NCBI GenBank assembly: GCA_043228905.1
Contig: JBHGNT010000022.1
Coordinates: 930,001 to 994,000, forward strand
DNA length: 64,000 nucleotides
Direction: 5' to 3'
Source: Azolla caroliniana
Lineage: Eukaryota > Plantae > Polypodiophyta
Position 1 is the first letter of the stretch. Each line of letters begins with the position of its first letter. Of the stretch, positions 60,454 to 64,000 are shown piece by piece. The notes beneath the pieces were generated by a model. It saw only the letters and a program-made list of their open reading frames with translations. It had not been told where the DNA came from and ran no database searches. The translations under genes were made by a program, and so were the position numbers.

Positions 60454-62519
60454 TGGATGGTTGTGGTTGCCTTTCAATGTGCTCCAAATGAGGAGCCATG
60501 GCGTGGATACGAGGGTTTGAAGAACACAGTGAATGGAAAACCAGAGCAGGCAAGATTAGGTAAACAGAAAAAATAGAGCAAATAATTGACACAAGAAATA
60601 ATAGATATAAACATAAATATAAATATAAATATAAACGAATGGATATCAATCATACTTCAAGCCATTTCATGTATGAGTATGATACGAATATTCACGTATG
60701 AGTATGACACGAATGGGAAGTATGGCTCGAACTATGCATGTATCACATTCATTCCATCTATGATTTAGTCTCCCCCTTTCTTTCTCTAGAGAGAGAGAGA
60801 GAAAGAAAGATAGAGACAGAGGCAAAAGAGGTCAAGAGAGTGTTTAAGGATTCCCCCTTTCTTTATATAATTATTATTTTCTTGCCATTGTAGGGTGATA
60901 TTTAACATTATTGATGATAGTCAAATTTGATGTTTAGCATCCCATTTTATTGTCACACTAAATCACAAAAATGCGACATCTCCCAAATGCAATTTTTAAC
61001 GAGACACAAAAAACATTGTGTTTATTATTTTGACATAAATCATCATGTTTCCACAACATTGTGCCCTTGTTTTATAGTAGTGAGTCGTGACTATGTTGAT
61101 TATCCTCATAAAAATCTAATAGTTCTTGAACTCTAATGCTCTTGGTGATGCATTGGATGTATATATAGTCATCCAAGAGCATCATGCTCTTGAAGGGAGA
61201 AAGAGTTGTTGGCTACTCCCCAAGGGGATGCAACAATTGTAGGTTAATACTAGCAACCGACACACAACGCCTGTTCTACAACCATGTGGCATCATCCATG
61301 TCACACACATACCTTAGCTTTTCCTTCATAATCTTCTTCTCTATTACCCCTCCCACTACCTAAATGCAAAAAAGGTTAAGGAACCTTCACATTCCCTAAA
61401 TACCCCGTCTTTCCTAGCAAACTACAATTTCATATACACATGCACATGCGCATGAACAAACATATACTCATATTTTCTCAAACAAATAAATGCACGGACT
61501 AATGAAAACATTTATGAATACACATATACATACACATATTCATACTTAAACGCATATACATATACAAATACAAACATAAAAACTTTTATAAAAATACTTT
61601 AAATGTATACATACGCTCATTCACTCATACTCATTCTTTTCCATATAAATCTACACACTTTATATACAGAGTTACACAATAGAACTTAAATACACACACA
61701 TGAGCAATAAATCATGTACACACGCACACACATATTTAGCACATATATTGATTGAGCCAAATCAAATTAAACATTAAAGAGCATACCTAAATCAATAGTC
61801 ACTTGCATCTTGTCAATGTAGCTTTCCACCTCTCGTTTTCAGTCTCGTCCTCCCTGCATATCTACTTCCATTACCTCTAACACTCTTCCACCAAAGTAAG
61901 AAAGAAACCATATGTCTCAACCTCTCCTCCCCAAAACCCTCATAATCCCTAACAATCCCTTAATAGAATAGTAATGAGGAGAAGAAGATTAACAATAATA
62001 ATAATAACAACCACCACCCTAATAATAATAATAATGTAGAATAGAAGAAGAAGATCAACCACCAAGCCCTAATAATAAGGAACCCCCTCTTGGCCTCTCT
62101 TTCCCTTTTAATAGGGAAGTGGGGAAAATGTAAAGACAAGTTTCGAAGCACCTCTCCCCTTTTTTCAACTCCAACTCCACTAATAATATCCCCTTTACTT
62201 TTACTAGGACTTAAACCACAAAACATCCCTAACTACTTTGGGATATGCAGCATTATTATTTTCATATTTGTTTTTTACACTTATATATAGTCCCATCCTC
62301 TCTAACTTTTCCACTACCTTTCTATCCTCCGATTTCCCACATCACAACGATCTAAATACCATGTGACGCGTGAGGAATAGGAAAGGATCTACATGAGCCC
62401 ATGCCCACCCTCCAAGAGAATCATTGATCATCCACCACTCATTTCTTTTTTATAACATTTGGTGCCAGTTAGAACTATGGGATATACTTATTTCTTTACT
62501 ACCAATTGTCGCAAAGGTA

Positions 62520-62543
62520 TGTGTGTGTGTGTGTGTGTGTGTG
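62520..62543. repeat. (TG)n microsatellite
   Basis: Direct read. Confidence 0.95.
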
Positions 62544-62850
62544 AATTAGAGCAGGACCATTGGGGACTTAAACTAGAGAGGATGGGTTGCAACACTCAAG
62601 TCCATTAAGTTGAGTGTTAGAGAATGTTAAATATCGATGTTCACATTGTCTTCCCAGTAAGAAGATGAAATTTTCTTCCTTAACATTTTATTTGTGAGAT
62701 TGTATAAGTTTCAAGTTAGTGAATATGTATGTTTGCGCACACATTTCTATGCATGTCGTGTTTTAGTGTATGCATATGGATGGTTGTTTGTTGACAAGAG
62801 AGGTAGGTATCTAATAATGAATAATAATAATAATATCATAAACTTATTGT

Positions 62851-63658
62851 TAGGGATCGGCAACGGTTCAGTTTAGGCTTACCCGGTTTGGCCTTATCCA
62901 AGCCAAACCGGCTAAGCCTAAACCGTTTAGGGGTTTTCAAACCTGAACCAAACCAAACCAAACCGATCCCTAAACCGGTTTGGGAGAAAACAACAATACT
63001 CTTACATTGAATATTGAACTTCATAACACAATTCTATTACAATTTATCATTGAACTTCATAACACAATTCCGTTACAATTTATCATTGAACAATCCCCCT
63101 CCAATATGCTCCAAATGTAAAATAGTTACAAGGCTAAGAGAAAAACAACAAGAAAACATAAAATGAGAAATGCATTGTCTGTGTCGATGGACTGGTCACT
63201 GTTTGTGTCGAGAGTCCTATTACCTAAGTCGTATGTCTGTGTCGAGAGTCCTATTACCTAAGTCGTATGTCTGTGTCGAGAGTCCTATTACCTAAGTCGT
63301 ATGTCTGTGTCGAGAGTCCTATTACCTAAGTCATCACTCTGGAGTCTATGTGTAGACAATAGAATCGTGACTCGTGACTAGTTACAAGTTAAAACTTAGA
63401 CTTGAGTTAGAACTTAGACTCGTGATTAGTTAGAAGTTAGAACTTAGACTTTAGTAATAAACTATAGTAATTACTAATTAAATCACTTAGATAGCTTAGA
63501 CGGCTTGAGCTGGTTTGGTGAGGCTCGAGCTGAGCCGAGCCGAGCTCAAACCGTTAAGGCAGGCTCAAGCCTAAACCGAGCCGAGCCAGGCTACTAAGCC
63601 GCTTTAAGCCGGTTAAGCCAAACGGTTTAGGCTTGAGCCGAGTCGTTGCCAATCCCTA
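62851..63658. mobile_element. Non-autonomous hAT-type element (MITE), 808 bp, 8-bp TSD CTTATTGT
   Basis: TIRs TAGGGAT(C/T)GGCAACG. Perfect TSD at 62843-62850 and 63659-63666. Many subterminal AAACCG/GAGCCG motifs. Confidence 0.92.
63204..63332. repeat. 34-bp perfect tandem repeat (~3.8 copies) inside the hAT element
   Basis: TGTGTCGAGAGTCCTATTACCTAAGTCGTATGTC at 63204, 63238, 63272 and 63306. Confidence 0.95.
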
Positions 63659-64000
63659 CTTATTGTTATGAATATTATTTATTTATTATATTATTATCAC
63701 GATTGTTATTATTATTATTATTATTATATTTACTTGTATACTTATGTACTTACTTACTTAAATATTCAAATAGACTCTCTTTTTTGTTGTTTTTTTATAA
63801 TTGCTAAAATCATTTATCTATTTACTTAATTAAAGTTAAAATTACTACTATCAAAATATTATTATTCTATATCTTCTTCTTTTTTTAATTTTTTTACTTA
63901 AATTTACTAATTATTTTTTTATCCTTTTATTTATTTTTATTTTTTATTTTTTTATTTTTATTTTTATTTTTTTTGTAATTTTAATAACATGACAAATGAC

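Noticed and set aside
60134-60649. 171-aa minus-strand ORF
   Set aside because: It is built from (CT)n and other simple repeats, with no recognisable motifs or splice structure.
60150-60750. Imperfect inverted motifs (TACGTGATATTCGT / ACGAATATTCACGTA) suggesting a MITE or miRNA hairpin
   Set aside because: The matches are short, with no defined TIR, TSD or long stem.
63204-63332. 34-bp repeats of CRISPR-like length
   Set aside because: The units are contiguous with no spacers, lie inside a plant MITE, and there are no cas genes.

Overview
Eukaryotic, almost certainly land-plant DNA. The retroelement lineages suggest a non-seed plant such as a moss, but that is inference. About 75% of the window is nested LTR retrotransposons. 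Only two host genes are supported: a divergently oriented pair of 3-exon LURP-one-related (LOR/tubby C-terminal-like) paralogs at 20759-22296 (-) and 57486-58959 (+). A ~30 kb retroelement nest lies between them, up to four levels deep (gypsy relic > chromovirus F > gypsy A > gypsy B). Highlights read from the sequence: (i) element B is a very young non-autonomous gypsy with identical LTRs, an intact gag-protease ORF and a large extra 3' ORF, but no RT/RNaseH/integrase and no canonical PPT; a decayed autonomous relative (C) lies at 9.5-16 kb; (ii) element A has a -1 frameshift heptamer plus predicted pseudoknot between protease and RT, a tRNA-Trp PBS and a 4-bp TSD; (iii) a fold-back unit with inverted LTRs appears to have inserted as one piece; (iv) a chromovirus LTR carries a Tf1-type self-priming signal; (v) copia E has a ~240 aa Pol extension between two copies of its PPT. 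There is also an hAT-type MITE, a LINE 3' remnant and several minisatellites. All alignments were done by eye, and lineage names are inferred from motifs, not database searches.
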